A stretch of DNA of 64,000 nt from contig CM052817.1 in the NCBI GenBank assembly GCA_028534125.1, positions 87,050,001 through 87,114,000 on the forward strand, written 5' to 3'. Every line of letters starts with the position of its first letter. Position 1 is the first letter of the stretch. Positions 49,780-64,000 of this stretch are shown piece by piece. The DNA is from Lama glama. Its lineage: Eukaryota. The notes beneath the pieces are model-generated. The model was not told where the DNA came from. It did no database searches and saw only the letters and a program-made list of their open reading frames with translations. The translations under genes and the position numbers were made by a program.

Positions 49780-50880
49780 AAGAAGCATTTTCCTTCCATC
49801 TGTCACAAATGTCATCATACCCTGTGTTATCATGTACCCATTGTTTATTTTTTATTTTTCAGAGTTCTGTGGCCAGCTTGTTCTAAAAAGAATTTTATTT
49901 AGATATGTTTTTTGCTGCTTTGCTTTTTTCATTTTTTTTTCCTGCTTGGCAATTAGAAGCTGCCTCACTTCAAAATCCTTTTATTTTCCGACACACGGCT
50001 TTTTCTTTCATTACACGTGTGGGTACTTCTTCCCATTCTTTATTTCCTTCTCTTTCTATTTCTTTACTTCCCAGTAGAGCAAAATTTTACCTTTTGGATT
50101 TATACTGCCTTCTCTTACCTTTTCTCGCATTCTTTTTATAGCTTTGTCTTTTGGCTTTATGTTCTGGAAGGTTTCTTCAGTGTTACATTTTTATTACTTT
50201 TTCTGTCATTACATTTTAATTACCATGAACTTGAGTATTCATTTTTTGGTAGCTGTACTTTCTTGTGTTTTTAGATGCAAATCGTTCCTGTAATCAATCT
50301 GGAAATACTGAGTCGAATTCTCTTCCCTTTCACTCTTGTTCCCTGAATATCGTTGTCCTCTCCGTGGTTCATTTTTGTTTTCTCCTTCTTTTCTTTTTTC
50401 TCTTTCTTCAGTTGTTTGGCAATACTTGGTTATTGGCTTACATTTGTGAATGAATGAGAAGATTGGCTAATACAGCTATCTGGAAGGGATTTCCTCTCCT
50501 TTGAGTATGCCTGTTTCTTTGTCAGACTCCTCTCAGTGGGCTGGCCGGCTGTGAGGGCTCAGTATGTACGCTAGCAGTGTTCACAGGCAGGATTCACTTC
50601 AGTGCACAATCTCTTATAACGCAATACATATACTACGATCAGAAAGGTTTTAACTTACCCTAACATTTCCACCAGGAGCCTTAGCTAAACTCTGGCAACT
50701 TTTTCGAATGCAGCATCTGTTTTTGCTTTCCAGCACTTCAGCTGTTCTGAGTTTGTGGTAATAATGGCGGGGGTGGGATACCTGGCCCAGTTCTGATTAC
50801 TATGAATACTGTCCTGCGTCTCATTCCCACTTTTTAGAGACCATCCAAGTTTGGAAATTTTCTGAAGCTTCATGGGGAAG
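49780..50880 (-). mobile_element. Old L1/HAL1-like fragment (antisense)
   Basis: Long T-rich decayed tract; family assignment is weak. Confidence 0.4.
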
Positions 50881-52974
50881 AAAGTTTTCTAAACCAAGTC
50901 AATCAATCAATCATCTGTTTTCAAATGATCCAAAATATAAATATTACTCAAAGAATATATGACAAATGAGAGTTTCCCCTCAACCTTAGAGATATTCAAT
51001 ATATTTGTTTTCTGTTTAATTCCTTCTGAATATTGAAATTTTATGAGATATCTATGTCCACTTTAACTCTTAAGGGTCAATATTCTTTCCTATTTCTCAG
51101 TATTTTTAACAGGAACTTGATGTTTCTAACTCCGTTGAACATGTATTCTCCATTAACTAGCAATATTTGTAAACAATCATTGATAGTTTTAATTTATTTC
51201 ATACCATAAAATTTATTTCATACCATGTAAAATGATTTACTTACATGTGTTAAGAACAAAAATGTTAGTATCCTCATTTGTAAATTGTGGAACCTTATTA
51301 AACGTACAGTTGGTTCTCATGGGGACATACGGGTAGTAACTCATTACCATAAGACAGATCCTTGAACAAATGTTAATAGAAAACTACAAATGAGGCTTAT
51401 CTTATGTTTTTCACTTTAAGTATGTTACCATGCATATTTTTGGTTGCTGATATCTATAAAAGGGTTAATTCTATTTTTTTCTCTTGATAAAAGATGAAGT
51501 AGTAATTTATTTTCTAAAGTCAATTGTCTCTTATAGTGCTCGTGATTTTCTGTGGGCCTGGCTACTAGAAATTGCTGAGAACTAGGTGGAAAACATTGTG
51601 TTTGATGTTATTTCCACAGATTTTATGCTTCATTTGGTCCGTAGAAGAATGAACACAAGCTTTTCAAATAGCCGTATCTTGCTCAAATGTGCTTTTATGA
51701 CCTAACTCTAAAGCTCTAACTAAACTAAAGCTCTCCAGTACTTTGGCTCACCATCAAGAGTAGTGCTGTGAGCAGCAATTCCATAATACAATATTGCTTT
51801 TGTTATTTTATGACAATCTGCAGGCACTCCAGAGAACTGGGTTGACAATTCATATAATTCTACCACATAATGCAAATTTCCTTAGACTTCAAGGTAGTAT
51901 GTATTTGTCTTAATAGTAACATGAAGGTGAACACTGAGTACTGTAGAAGTGCTGGCGATTTATGATCCATGGGAATGATTCTGCCCCACTGGCTGTTTAA
52001 GTGTGGGGCTTTAACAGCTATAAAGCATAAATCTACTGTCTATGAGGCTGCTCAGTTTTATGACTATTTTTCTAACTTGAGAATTTTCCTGTTGGGGATA
52101 GAACCACCTTGTCTTGTCATTTATTACTCATGCTTTTTATTTCAGCATGAGTCTGAATATGGTGATATTAGAATTTCCTAGTTGTATGTGGCGTAACTTG
52201 GATCAGTTCTCTCAGGCTCTCTCGTTCTCTCCTTTACAGTTTAAGGAGGGTGTTTAGTAGCAGAAGGAGGTATACGAGCACAAGATGCAAGACCAGGAGA
52301 GACTAGGGAAATAATGCAAAAGAAAACTGAGGTATCTTTGGTAACAAGAGAAAACAGAAAAGCAAAGAGTAAGAAAGGAATGTTATATAATTCTTAAAGG
52401 CAGCAAAAGAGGACACAAAAGTAAGGGGAAAAGAGGTCTTTGAAACACTGGATGTGAAGTACAGGAGTTGAATATATTTCTGCACACAGTTAATGTCTTG
52501 GTCTATCTGATCATTTCTACACCTTTTTTTCTTCCACTTAGGGTCCATTTCTGGCAATTTGTTTATTCAAGTAATAAACCTTTTTAATGTATTCATTTCA
52601 TCAAAGAGGAAAACACATCCTTCATCTATTTAACCTTTTGTTTAACAAGTGAACGTTGTGTCTGTACACGTGTTTATGTGGCTACCCTGTAGGTACTGAT
52701 GCTTCTCAAACTGGCATTTTGAGTTTTGTCAAGCCTCATGTAGAGATGTAATATCTTAAGCTTTGCTCTGTGTCTCCCTACAATAAATGTTTGCTTTAAC
52801 CAGAAATCAGTTCCTCACATGGGCAATTCACAAGGTGGTTGTCAATGGTGAATGTCTAAGTAAATGAACATTCCATTTCATCAGCTCTAGCAGTTTGCTG
52901 TGTATGTATATTGTGACGGCAGCCGTCTTTGGTAGAAGGAGACTTTTTACAGGTGTCTGGTGGCCTATGTTCTA

Positions 52975-53075
52975 CCCCAACTTCACTGCTTATTAGTTCT
53001 GTGACCTCGAGCATGTCTCTCCAGTATCATAACTCATTCCCCCCGCAATTTGGAAAGAAGGACAAATAATGTCCC
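52975..53075 (+). mobile_element. MIR SINE
   Basis: cttcactgcttattagttctgtgacctcgagcatgtctct. Confidence 0.6.
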
Positions 53076-56000
53076 CACAATTGCCACCTACTGCTCCTCT
53101 AAGCACAAATGGATATCATACTCAAAAGCAGACACAGACTTCTCAGTACCAGAGAAACATGACTCATCCTCAGAGAGCACAAGGCTATACTGTACATATA
53201 CTTATTATTATATCATGTTTTGACTTTGTATTATACCCAAGAGGTCTTCCTTTGGTTAGAGTATTCTACAACAGGATCTACTAGATTCTTCTGTTATTAC
53301 TATACTTTCATAATAATGTTTCAGGACAAGCTTACTTTATAAGAAATCCATAATTGTTATCAAATTATTCCAATATACCATACAAATAAGCACACTTTCA
53401 TAAGAAAATACAGAATATGTGTCACTAGTAATAGCTCAAGGAGTAAACAGCTTGAGTAATCATTTGCTGTGTTGTGATATAAATTTTCATTTCTTAGCAA
53501 TAATAAGAGTTACCTACTTACATTGGGATTCTCATTGCTAAAGAAGTGATCTAAACATAAAATATATTTTTAATATAGTCAATGTCTGAAAGCTTCATTA
53601 TATAACTGTGATTTTACACTATTGGCAAGGTTTGAATGTAATTCAGTGACAGGAAAATTAAATTTGAATTATATTTATTGATCTTAAGGTTACATGTTTC
53701 AGTTTTTAATTTAGAAAAATGATCAGAATCAATCATTCCATCAAACCTAATCATAACCAGTGATATGTGGCCTATATTTAATAATATTTTACTATTATCT
53801 TAAGTGTACATTGTTACTGTGTTTTAAAATTGGTGGATAATAAGTTTAAAAGTTTGAGGGAAAACGTTTTTTAAAGGTGAAATTTTGTTATATGTCATGC
53901 TTTAAATGTTTAAAAGTTTAATAAATAAACACTTAAATGAAAGCCAGTTAATCCTTAGTGATTCTGCTTTCAGAAAAAAAAGCAAATGTTCTCAGATGCT
54001 TAAAGTATGCAACTATAACAATTATATAATCATTGATGCTGTGATAGAGAGTATTTTCCAGAAATAATTATGAAATCTGAAAATGCACAGGCCATATGCA
54101 TTATTTACATCATGCAGGGGATTCATACACATGCAGCAACAGAAGTGAGGCACCCATGTAATTGAGATCAGTATGATTTTCCATTTTATTGAATTTATTT
54201 CTGTTTTATTAGCAATGTGGTATCACTTTTCAACACAGATCAATATTTCATTGATTAGTTAATTAAATAAAAAATGTTGCTGCTTTTCTCAAACCAGTCA
54301 CATGCCGAGACACAGTAAGCAAGATGATTAGATATAACCGTGTGTACTAAACATGTATCCTGCAGATCTGGGATCACATGCAGCTATCATTGGAGAATGA
54401 AAAGGTCACTTGCTTCATTATATTCCTTAGTGTCTGGCTAACATTCAAAGTTCACACATCAGACACTGAGTTGAAGTACTTATTTTCTCTACGAAAACAA
54501 AACTTCTCAGAACTAGGACCCAGTTAAGAAAAGCTCAATATAAATATAATTTTTTTTAGTTTTTTTCCCCATAGGCTATAACAAAACTAATAATCTAACC
54601 TAATTAACTAAAACCCTTTAAGCCTGGCCAGGATATAAATATAAAATTATTGTCTCTGGTTATTACATTGAAAGGCATTTCCAGGTCAGCATTATAAATG
54701 CCTTGGAAAACTGTGGAAGAAGCATTGTTTCAGGGGAGATGAGATTATATTGTGATGTAAACAAGTTTTAACATGTTGAAAGTAGAATACCTGCAACTGA
54801 GTGGGCAGCATTTGCTAATGGAATGTTTTCTTGCTAATATTATCTCCAGGGCCTGAATATTTCAGGGTGATAGGTAAGCTGATCTTTCCAAAATAATGTA
54901 GCTGAATAATATGCCAGAAAGAAGGACGGGGTTGTTCAAGATGAACTGGTTATGACTTTTATAATTCAGTACATGAAGAAAAAACATGTTATTTATAAAG
55001 ACAGATGTGAATGCACACTGCAGTGAATTCACTGGAAGTTTTAAATAATTTACAATGACACGTTGTGCTACAGTGTAGAGTCTAAATTTGTATTGGATTT
55101 CAGAGAGTTGTTCTCCAAGGATTCTTGCAACTCTAACAATTGGGTGGGAGGGACACTTGCTGCATGCAATTCCTGTGCCTCTATGGTCAAAGCATATTGA
55201 AATTTTTCTCTGCCATGCCAAGCATTCTCCAAGAAGTAAGGTGAGGTTACCTGCTGAAAGCGTCTACATTTGTATGTTCAATCATTGTATCATTGTCCTA
55301 CACATCTTTGTGACATATTTTAGTATAAATGCACCATCAGTTATCACTGTGTCTCACATATGGTCAACCTGAACTGAAAAGAGAACAGATTTATTAGCAA
55401 AGCTGCAGACTTCTAATGCAGCTGCCGAAAGTATTTTAATGAAGTTCAATATAGTTTTGGAACTGTAATTGTAAGTGCACTTGTTCCAGTTCTTCTTAAT
55501 TTGTTCTCTCATTTCAGACTCACAATGTTCTTTTTTTTCCCACCCTGGGTAAAAACGTTTATTTTATCAGAAGTCTTACTTAGCAATAATCACTCAAAAT
55601 TAAATAGCATTATTATCCTTTGCCTCATGCTGTAATTTTGGAATCCTGGTACTGAAATAGAAGTTACAGAAATTTCCACTGAGTGCAAAATCAATGGATG
55701 AGATGATAATGCTTTTCTACTTTGTGATTTTTCTTTTCTTACCAACACTCCCTTGAAGTGTTTTTGGAATTCCTATGCTAAGAGCCACTACCCTTGGTCA
55801 GAAAACAGGGATACTGTGTGCCCACTGTAGAAGCAAAATGTAGTTTTTGCAGTAATTTATGGGCCCTTTTTATATCAAAGTTTGGGTGGGAATGATTTAA
55901 AAATAACCCAGTGCTCAGAAAAATTCCAAACAGGAACTCACACTAGCATCTCCAACCTGCTATACCATGATCACGTGAACTTGATTTTCTCAAGTGCATA

Positions 56001-56879
56001 GCTTAGTTTGTTGCTCTGTCTTTTTCCCTTTCTTAAGGGTAGAAAACAACATGAATGGGACACCACTCACTGTTAGGGTAGGAGAGAAGCAGGGCAGCAG
56101 AACTTTAGGGATTAATATGGAAAATGATGAGAGTTTGATATTAAACAGTAGAAACCATTTTAGAGACCAGGAGGTAAAATTTAGGGGGAAAGGATATACC
56201 GGTCTGTCGTCGTTAAGGAATGAAAGTGATTAGCATTTCCAGTCGCTTATACATAGCTGCTTATCCATCCACCCATTTATCCTTAGCAGTAGTTGTTTTT
56301 GTGGTATATTGTTTTTATGTTGTTTTGTTTGTTTTAGTCTCTAAATGCTTAGAAAATTGTCCTTTATTGTATTGATTAGTACTGTTGGAATTTAAGGAGT
56401 TTCCTAGAGTTTATGTGACTTTCCATGGAGTCTTATGCTAACTACTCATAAATTGTAATGTAATTCAGATTACTTATGTAGTTTCATGTCTAGGGAAAAA
56501 AAATTAATACCTAAGGGCAACTGAATTGACTTGAAAATGACTTGAACTTCAGAGTTCTGTAATTTCAATGCATTGCCTTTACTTGGGGTGCAAGATCCAC
56601 AAACATAACCAATTCAGTGTTTATTAGAGTGTTTAGCACAAAATGTGTCCTATTTGTCACCCCATAAACATATTCTCTACATTACGTTAGGGAGGAAAAA
56701 AAAAACCAAACTCACTAGCACTGCTTTATAACTCACTAGCAACATCCTTCCCAGATTCTTTTCCCCAGCACGTTCTTACTCTTGGAATCCTTTAAAGTGT
56801 ACTGCCTCTGATTCTACCTAAATATCAAAAATGTTTAAAATGCGATATGGCTTTGTATTCTTACTGGTCGACCGCCTAT

Positions 56880-57245
56880 CCTGACGGCACAGCTTCCATA
56901 GTTTTCTAGCCCTTGGAAAAGCCTAAAACAAACTCTCCTCTTAGTGAAGCGTGGCCAGAAACTGGAATGGCATAAACTGCGTCCTTTTGTGGAGTACGTG
57001 ACGAACATATGCACATTTGGAGTTGCCTGTCACTAACTAAATTAGTTTAATCCACTAAGCACACACTTCCTTAGCTATTACTTACCACAGTTATAATTAC
57101 ACAGCAGTGGTGTGTTATTTGTTAATTGTCTGTGTTCCTGATGAAAGCAGATACCTGGATCTGCTTTGCTCAGCTCCTATCTGTGGTACCTAGAAGTGCA
57201 CCTGACGCGGGTAGACACGCTTTAAGAATATTTGACTTAATGATT
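56880..57245 (+). mobile_element. L2 3' end
   Basis: ctatctgtggtacctagaagtgcacctgacgcgggtagacacgctttaagaatatttgacttaatga. Confidence 0.55.
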
Positions 57246-57861
57246 GCCTCTTGGACATCTGGTCTTTCAACGAGCTCACGTGTCACCTTCCAGGGTGTAT
57301 ATATGTTAAAATGTTGGAATTATGGAATTAAAACTATGTTAATTAAATGCTTTAATATTCTTTTATATTTAAGACTGCATTTTTTAAAGCAGAGTAAAAT
57401 CATGAAGGATACAAATTAATAGTTCTTTTTTAGTTTATTTTTCAATAAGAGGTAGTGAATTTAAACATTTTATAGTATCTCTTTTGATTCTGCATAAGGC
57501 ACACTTACTTTGGTGCTGATCTGCTTTTATTCTCTATTTCCTACTATTGAGCTAACTCTAGTTAATTTAATTTTTAATTTAGCCATATGAAAAAATTGAA
57601 ATACAAAACAATTTAATAAGAAAAAGAAAATATGTTTAATTTTTATATTATTATTTTTTCTTAGACTTTAGTTACCATTTTTAAAGTAAGCTAACTTGTT
57701 TCAGCCTATTGTCCAATGAACTCAATAGCTATTTTAAAATTTATTATCTCCATAAATAATGACTTTTAGATAATAGTCTAAGGGTAGTCTATAATTTTCA
57801 TGGTAAACAATAATTTAAAAATGTATAAATTCTATACTGAACACTGTATTCACATACTCTT

Positions 57862-57910
57862 TTTCTTTAAATTAAAAACAAATTTTTTTTCTGGGTGGGA
57901 GTAATAATAT

Positions 57911-57945
<35 letters not shown>

Positions 57946-58025
57946 TAACAGAGATACTGGGGATTGAACCCAGGACCTCATGCATACTAAGCACACACTC
58001 TACCACTGAGCCGTATCCTCTCCCC
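57862..58025 (-). mobile_element. Camelid tRNA-derived SINE (Vic-1-like)
   Basis: Minus strand reads ggggagaggatacggctcagtggtagagtgtgtgcttagtatgcatgaggtcctgggttcaatcccc (Pol III A and B boxes), then an (AAAT)n tail. Degenerate 16-bp TSD at 57846-57861 and 58026-58041. Confidence 0.85.
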
Positions 58026-58207
58026 GTGTTCACAGATTCTTGATGTGTTTTCTTTTATCTTCCATTCTTTGCCTTTGACACATTTCATATATTTCTCTTA
58101 GTGTTTAGTAATGAAAGAATTATAACTATTTTTGGAAGTTAGGTGCCTTATATCGCACTGTTAAGAAGAATATTGTGCCCTATAATGCATAAATTCAATG
58201 GTAGAGA

Positions 58208-58640
58208 TGTTATGGTTAATTTGTATGTTAACTTGGCTAAGCCACGTTGCCCAGATATTTGGTCAAACATTGTTCCGAATGTTTCTCTGGAGAGTATTTT
58301 TTGGGTGAGATCAACATTTAAATGAGTAGACTTTTAGCAAAAAAGATTGCCTTCCATAATGTAAGTGGGCCTCACCCAATCAGTTAAAGGCTTTGATAGA
58401 AAAAGCCTGAGCTCCTCCCACATGCAAGGAGGAATTCTGCCAGCAGACTGCCTTTGGATTTGAACTGAACTCTTTCCTGAGCCTACCTACTAGCCTACCC
58501 TATCAGATTTTGGACCCACCAAGCCTCCATAATTGCATCATCTATAAATCTATAAATCTTTCTCTCTCCCCCTCCACATATATATGTATATACATATGTA
58601 CATTTGTATGTAGACACACATCTTGTTGATATAATACAAC
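58208..58640 (+). mobile_element. MLT2 (D-like) ERVL LTR
   Basis: tgttatggttaatttgtatgttaacttggctaagccac…cccagatatttggtcaaacatt…ggaattctgccagcagactgcctttggatttgaactg. Confidence 0.9.
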
Positions 58641-61563
58641 AGATTTTACTCATATTATCCTTGAAGCAGATGTATCTGGCATTCAATAATTCAATACTAC
58701 ACTAGGCATTAGAGGCTATTCTAGTATATATATATTTTTTGCTCCTTCTATTCTTGCCTTGTATTTTGATATGAACCAGAAAAAAAAAAAAACAGACTTA
58801 CTAAGTTTGTTATCAACTCAATAATTCAAGTGGGTTTTTGAAGACTCTAAATATATAAAGTTAAAAATAGATTATATGTGACAATGTACTGATCAGTATT
58901 TAGGAGTAAAATTGTAAGGTACCATTATTTTATTGTGATCACTTGTTTTCACATTTCTCTTTAAAGTAGTACACTGTGAACACTTATTAGTTTTATCCTT
59001 GCTGCCTATCTCTGGTAGTTCCCCAGGCATCTTTGACCTTGTTCATTCTACCACCATAGTTTAAAAAGCATTTACTAGGGAATAGTTCTATGTATTCCCC
59101 TCTTCTTTCTGTTTCATAGCTGCTGCTGCTTTTGGTTTTAGTATGCCAGAAATAATGTCATCATGCACTCTGTTTTGCGTGTCTTATTTATAAGCCTTGC
59201 AATAACAAGTGCCCAATAAATATTTTATAAACTATTCAAGTCTAGCTAGAGTTTCAAACAATATGTTCTATCTGCAAGTCACATGACCAGTCCCTAAATG
59301 ACAAGTATATCGATCCAATTTAAAGTGAAAAGAATCACAAATAGAATGGGAAAAAAAGAAAAAAACCAAGCAAAGAAATGTGGGAATAAAAGTTGGGACA
59401 ATTTGTGAACAGGGCTGGAATTGCTCATAATTTTGATTGAACATGTTAGGTAAGCTGGGCTATAAATTAACACAATTCTTCACAACAGTACACATTATAT
59501 TTGTTTTCTAGCTTGTCAGTCATGTCTTTAATGTTTGCCTCCTTAGATCACATGTTCTAACTTTATTTAGTAACAAGTTCTTTCATCTGTACCCATTTCC
59601 TAAGCTGTTATGGAATGGGTGTATATCTGTTTGCGCTGGTGCGGTGATTTTGTGATGATGTCTTCCTCAGGGTACTAGATAGGTATTTTGGATCCCTCAA
59701 AAATTCCAACATGGACTGTAGTTATGATTCATTTTTATTTGATACAAATACCAATTTTTGATTGAAATAATCTAATATTCTGTCATTAATGATGCAGGTG
59801 CCAAGAGTTAGAGGTAATAGCAGATGGTTTTTAAATTGCAAAATATCTATCATGCTTCAGAGATTGAATTCTCATAATAGGTGATAACCGGATGGCAGGA
59901 TATATTGGCATATTTTTACCCATAGGAAGATATATGTTTTCTTGATGTAAACATTGATTCCCAGTTTAGCCTTAGTCACTATGAATATCTGAGTCAATGA
60001 ATCTTGATATTGACCTTAATAGTAATCAATTCCTACTTCATATTGCTGCAGTCATAAATCACAGTTATATGGCATTCTGGTGTTACTGTTCTCTAATTTC
60101 CCATGACATTCTCAGATCAATACCTCACTATTCACTAAATGAAGAAAACAGTTTATTCTGATAACACATGTGTAGTATGTAACATTTTAAAATTATGAAG
60201 CTGATATTTAAAATTTTCTAATTCCTAAAAGGCACTGCAAGATAAAATGTGATCAAGGGAACTCATGTACCTGACACCCTTGAATCTTAAATAACTTGAC
60301 TTATAATTGATGATTGATGCACATTTTTTATTTCTAAATGTGAAGGTTATATAAACAAATAGATAGTTACAGTATTTTATTCAGAGACATGCCACTTAAA
60401 GCAATATTATAAATGCAAAATACTTGAAATTGAATTAAGCATTTTAAGCGGAGCCATAAAATTAGTTGTCGGAATGCAGAGTTAGAAGATAATTGCCAGA
60501 TTTCAGCATCAGTATGTACCATTTTCTAAAACTTTAGAAGTGTTATGACAGTAGTTAAACTATAAAAAGCTGCACCTAGATGAAATTGACTCATCAAAAG
60601 AAATATACAGCAAAGAGACTACAGAATGGGTCTGGAAAATTAACAAGGCCTGGTGCTCTCTGCCTAAATCATTGTTACACACTAATTAGTGCTGTGCTCT
60701 GATTTGAGGCTTTAAATTTGTTCCTTTGAAGATTTTCTTAAAATTGTATTCAAAGGAAAGGCTTTTCTTTAATAAAACTGTATAGTTCTTCTTTCACTTG
60801 GGAAACATAGCTTCCTCGCATAATGCTGCTTGAAAAGCAGGAGCTGACTTCTAATAGAGATGCTAATTATTAACATTCTGACATCAGCCAAAGGCTGCAT
60901 TCTCTAAGACTGAAATAAAATAAGAGTGAACAAATATTTCTCCTCCATTCCCAATAAGTACTTGAAAAATTCAATAATGTTCATTAAATACATAAATGTG
61001 AATATTAAAAATAAAGGTATTTCCCCTGTGATTTATTATATACTGCCTGAAAAAGGAAAGCTGAAGAAAGGCATCATTATATGGCATAAAAGGGAATTCT
61101 TTGACTGTTAATTATAATGTAAATTTATCATCTACCAGGAGAAAAGAATGACTTCATATTTAAAACCATCAGACATGGCTGGTCACCCAAAATATAGATA
61201 GTCTAATAATTCACACAGAACAATATGGCCAAGAATAATATAAAATGATGAGATGCCTTAAAGTGACTTAAAAGAAAATTCTAGTAATAGTTTGTTATAA
61301 ATGGAAACTTGACAGAAGAAAAGAGGGTATTTTGCATTGTCTTCTAGAAGACAGAGCAGTTAATAGGACATTTTACACAGACTTTAGCTCCATACATCTG
61401 CAAAGTACCTTATTTACTACTGTTTTTTTCTCCACCAGTTTTCTACATACACTGAATGTAATCTAGAGTCCCTTTCCTAAGTGGAGGAAGTCATCATTGA
61501 CATATTAGAAAAGGAAGGATTTTGGTTGGGAGTTAAAATAATGAACTCATTTAAACATTGACT

Positions 61564-61650
61564 CTCTGTGTGCCCTTGGGGAATTAACTTACTTATTCAG
61601 CACTTTGCTTCCTCATCTGTGCAATGAGTAGGGTTAGGTTGATTTCTAAA
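61564..61650 (+). mobile_element. MIR SINE core
   Basis: ctgtgtgcccttggggaattaacttac…ttcctcatctgtgcaatg. Confidence 0.75.
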
Positions 61651-61789
61651 TGTTTACAAATTATGCAGTTGAAATTAAGGCAGCTTTCACTCTGAGAAGA
61701 TGAAACAGGGTTAGTGGGTAATTCTATATTGTATGAAGTTAAGCTGGAAATACATGGCATTTTCCAGAATTTTCTTCCTTGTGTGGTTT

Positions 61790-62237
61790 CAGATAAGGAA
61801 TGACCACAAGTCCTTTGTTGGAGGTTGGGAAGAAGAAGGTGAAACAAAGGCCACTGTACTTTGAAAGTTGTCATCACTTTAAGCAGTTAGGGACGGTTGT
61901 GGAGTTTCAGCTTGTTCTAAATTTGCTCCATGGTCTGCTCTTCTCAATTTCTCGCCTTGCTGAGCAACTAGAGGCTTAGCTGTCAACTCAGAGAGGTAGC
62001 AGCAGTTTCCATAGCCATCTGCCCTGCCCACTTTGTGGTTCCACCCTAGCAGCTTCCTGCCGGCCCTGACTTTTTCATCTATATCAGGGCTATTTAGTGA
62101 CATTTTTCTGGTCCTTTCTGGTCCTTTAGTTCTGCAGTTCCTCCAACAATTGTATAACAACTAATTTCTGTAATAAGTTACTGATTTTCTAATATCCATG
62201 GTGACCTTGATTTCCTGATGGAACCCTAACTGATACA
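61790..62237 (+). mobile_element. Old ERVL-class LTR
   Basis: Ends ttcctgatggaaccctaactgataca, a typical ERVL LTR 3' terminus. Confidence 0.55.
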
Positions 62238-63757
62238 CTTGGTGAATGCATAGATAATACATATGTAATAGTTAAAAAGAAAGTAAATGCCTATATATCT
62301 TTAATTTTATAGATCCCTTAACATTATTAGGAAAAAAACAGAATTCCTAAGTATATTTAATCTTGAAAGCAGTATTAAATCCCCATACTTTAGATTTTAC
62401 ATTATTACACTTTTCTGGACTTTGCCTTATTTTTGAAACTTGATTTACATTTAACTAGTTAAATCTTGAAAGAAAAATTTGAAACAGACTTGAGTTTGAT
62501 AGTCATATAAGCTAACTGAAGGTAAAGAAAAATTTTGAATAAAATTAAATTTAGGGAACACTTACTAATAATGAAATGCTGTTTAGAATAGTATCAGAGC
62601 TTATCTGACAAGTTTCCCTTGGTTTTTAAACACCAATTGAGTGTTTCTGATTACGTTAACCATCATTTTCCAAAGGTATTGTTTCATGTTTCCTTTCAAG
62701 GACTCTGGGAGGTGTTTAGGAGACATCATTCAAATCTTCCCAAATCTTAATTCCTGTTTCTTTCCATCAAAGTGTATGTGTACAATTTGTTTATTGAGAG
62801 ATATGACAGATAATTTCCTAAGAATATTGCTAACTATGATAATTTGGGGACTTCTGGAAGCTGATGGAAACAGTAGAATGATGTGTATATATATATCTGT
62901 TTGTGTGGTTGCCTTAACCATTTATTTTTATTTATACTTTTCAAAGTCAAACCTAATGTCTGCTTATGAACTGTGACTTTCAGAGAAACTCAAACTCTTG
63001 AATGAGAATTTCTGAGAAAAAGCGTGCATAATGATAGATCCTGAAATATCTGGAAATTGAGTTCACAGTTAAGGTCCCCAGTAAACTGAGGGAGTCAAAA
63101 AAGTATAATCGGAAGGCCTCAGCAGAGGCAGTGGAGGAAGGAAAACCAGGGAGATGGCCCATCTTCTTCCATCTTTTAGAAAGGTATGCAAAAAACTTCT
63201 AGGACGCTAAGAAATCCTCAGCCTTATCCTCTCTACTGTAATGCCTATTTTTCATTTTCATTTCATTTTAATTTTTGTGAATTAAACAGTGTATTATTCT
63301 AGAAGTACTGAAAGAAAAGATAAACCAGAACCCTCTCTCCCCAAATAATATTACTACACCTATGCCTTACATAATAATCTTATTCTTTACTTGATGGGAA
63401 GTAAGGTGAGAAAAAACAAACTGAAATGGGACAGGGGAAATGTAACAGAAATGTTTTTTTCCAAGTACTTATGGCAAATGCAAATTTTCCATGATTTAGA
63501 GCCAAGACAAAACAAGTTATAAAATATTTTCATAAAGCTGATTCCTAGCTAGCACTTGGTTCCACAGCCAGGAAAGGAAAAGATAGGAATTATCCAATTC
63601 AGATGGGTTATCCAACAAACAGCTAACAAAGTCACAGGGAGGAGAACTCAAGGTGAACAGCCTAAGAGGTACCAGGAGACAATAAAGAGCCACAGGTAAA
63701 CAACTGTGTGGTGTTATTATCTAGTCTCTGTAACAAAGGGTGAGAGAATAATCACTG

Positions 63758-63900
63758 TATTTGTTAGAATTAGACTTGACTGCAAATGTTCAAAACAAAA
63801 AGATCAGCAATGTAAGTAAGATATAAACTTATTTCTTGTGAAGAAGAAAGCCAAGTTTCAGAAGCCCAGAACTATTCTAATAATTCACTTTGTGGTTTTA
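63758..63900 (-). mobile_element. Old MLT1 (J/K-like) LTR fragment
   Basis: ttagacttgactgcaaatg…aagtaagatataaacttatttcttgtg. Confidence 0.45.
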
Positions 63901-63913
63901 CAAAATTGTCAGT

Positions 63914-64000
63914 GTGGTAGACAGAATTTTGACATGACCCCCAAGAATCCTACCAGCTAGCGTACACACCCTATACAATTCTCTGGTGTAGGCAGAAACG
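63914..64000 (+). mobile_element. MLT1 (E/F/G-like) LTR 5' end, truncated by the window edge
   Basis: tgtggtagacagaattttgacatgacccccaagaatcc. Confidence 0.7.

Noticed and set aside
56709..56741. aactcactagca repeated with a 9-nt spacer, superficially CRISPR-like
   Set aside because: Only two 12-bp copies in mammalian DNA, with no array or cas genes.
57955..58025. Possible tRNA gene
   Set aside because: It is the tRNA-derived head of a SINE, with an AT-rich tail and TSD.
1..64000. A novel multi-gene or prokaryotic-type system
   Set aside because: The window is eukaryotic non-coding DNA with no long ORFs, operons or arrays.

Overview
AT-rich, CpG-poor, repeat-dense mammalian DNA, either intergenic or inside a large intron. 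It is most likely camelid (camel/alpaca/llama), judging from a Vic-1-like tRNA-derived SINE at 57862-58025 and young camelid-type L1 3' ends. I see no intact protein-coding exon, and the supplied ORFs are chance ORFs or decayed repeat frames. Much of the window is ancient eutherian transposons (L2, MIR, L1M, MLT1/MLT2, LTR16/ERVL, MER58) plus a few younger insertions with target-site duplications (TSDs). Highlights: (1) a decayed ABHD5/CGI-58 processed pseudogene (~12590-13225) that the ORF track does not identify, carrying a 90-nt MIR-like insert at what I recall as the exon 2/3 junction and a T14-CAG tract forming a new splice acceptor; (2) a young CpG-rich retro-insertion (~49200-49660) with CpG-island promoter motifs, four palindromes and a probable twin-priming inversion; (3) a TSD-flanked chimeric young-L1/old-L1 insertion (8461-8881); (4) a 41-bp direct repeat with copies 1.2 kb apart. 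I cannot support a wholly new biological system here. Repeat family names and ABHD5 comparisons are from memory, not from database searches.
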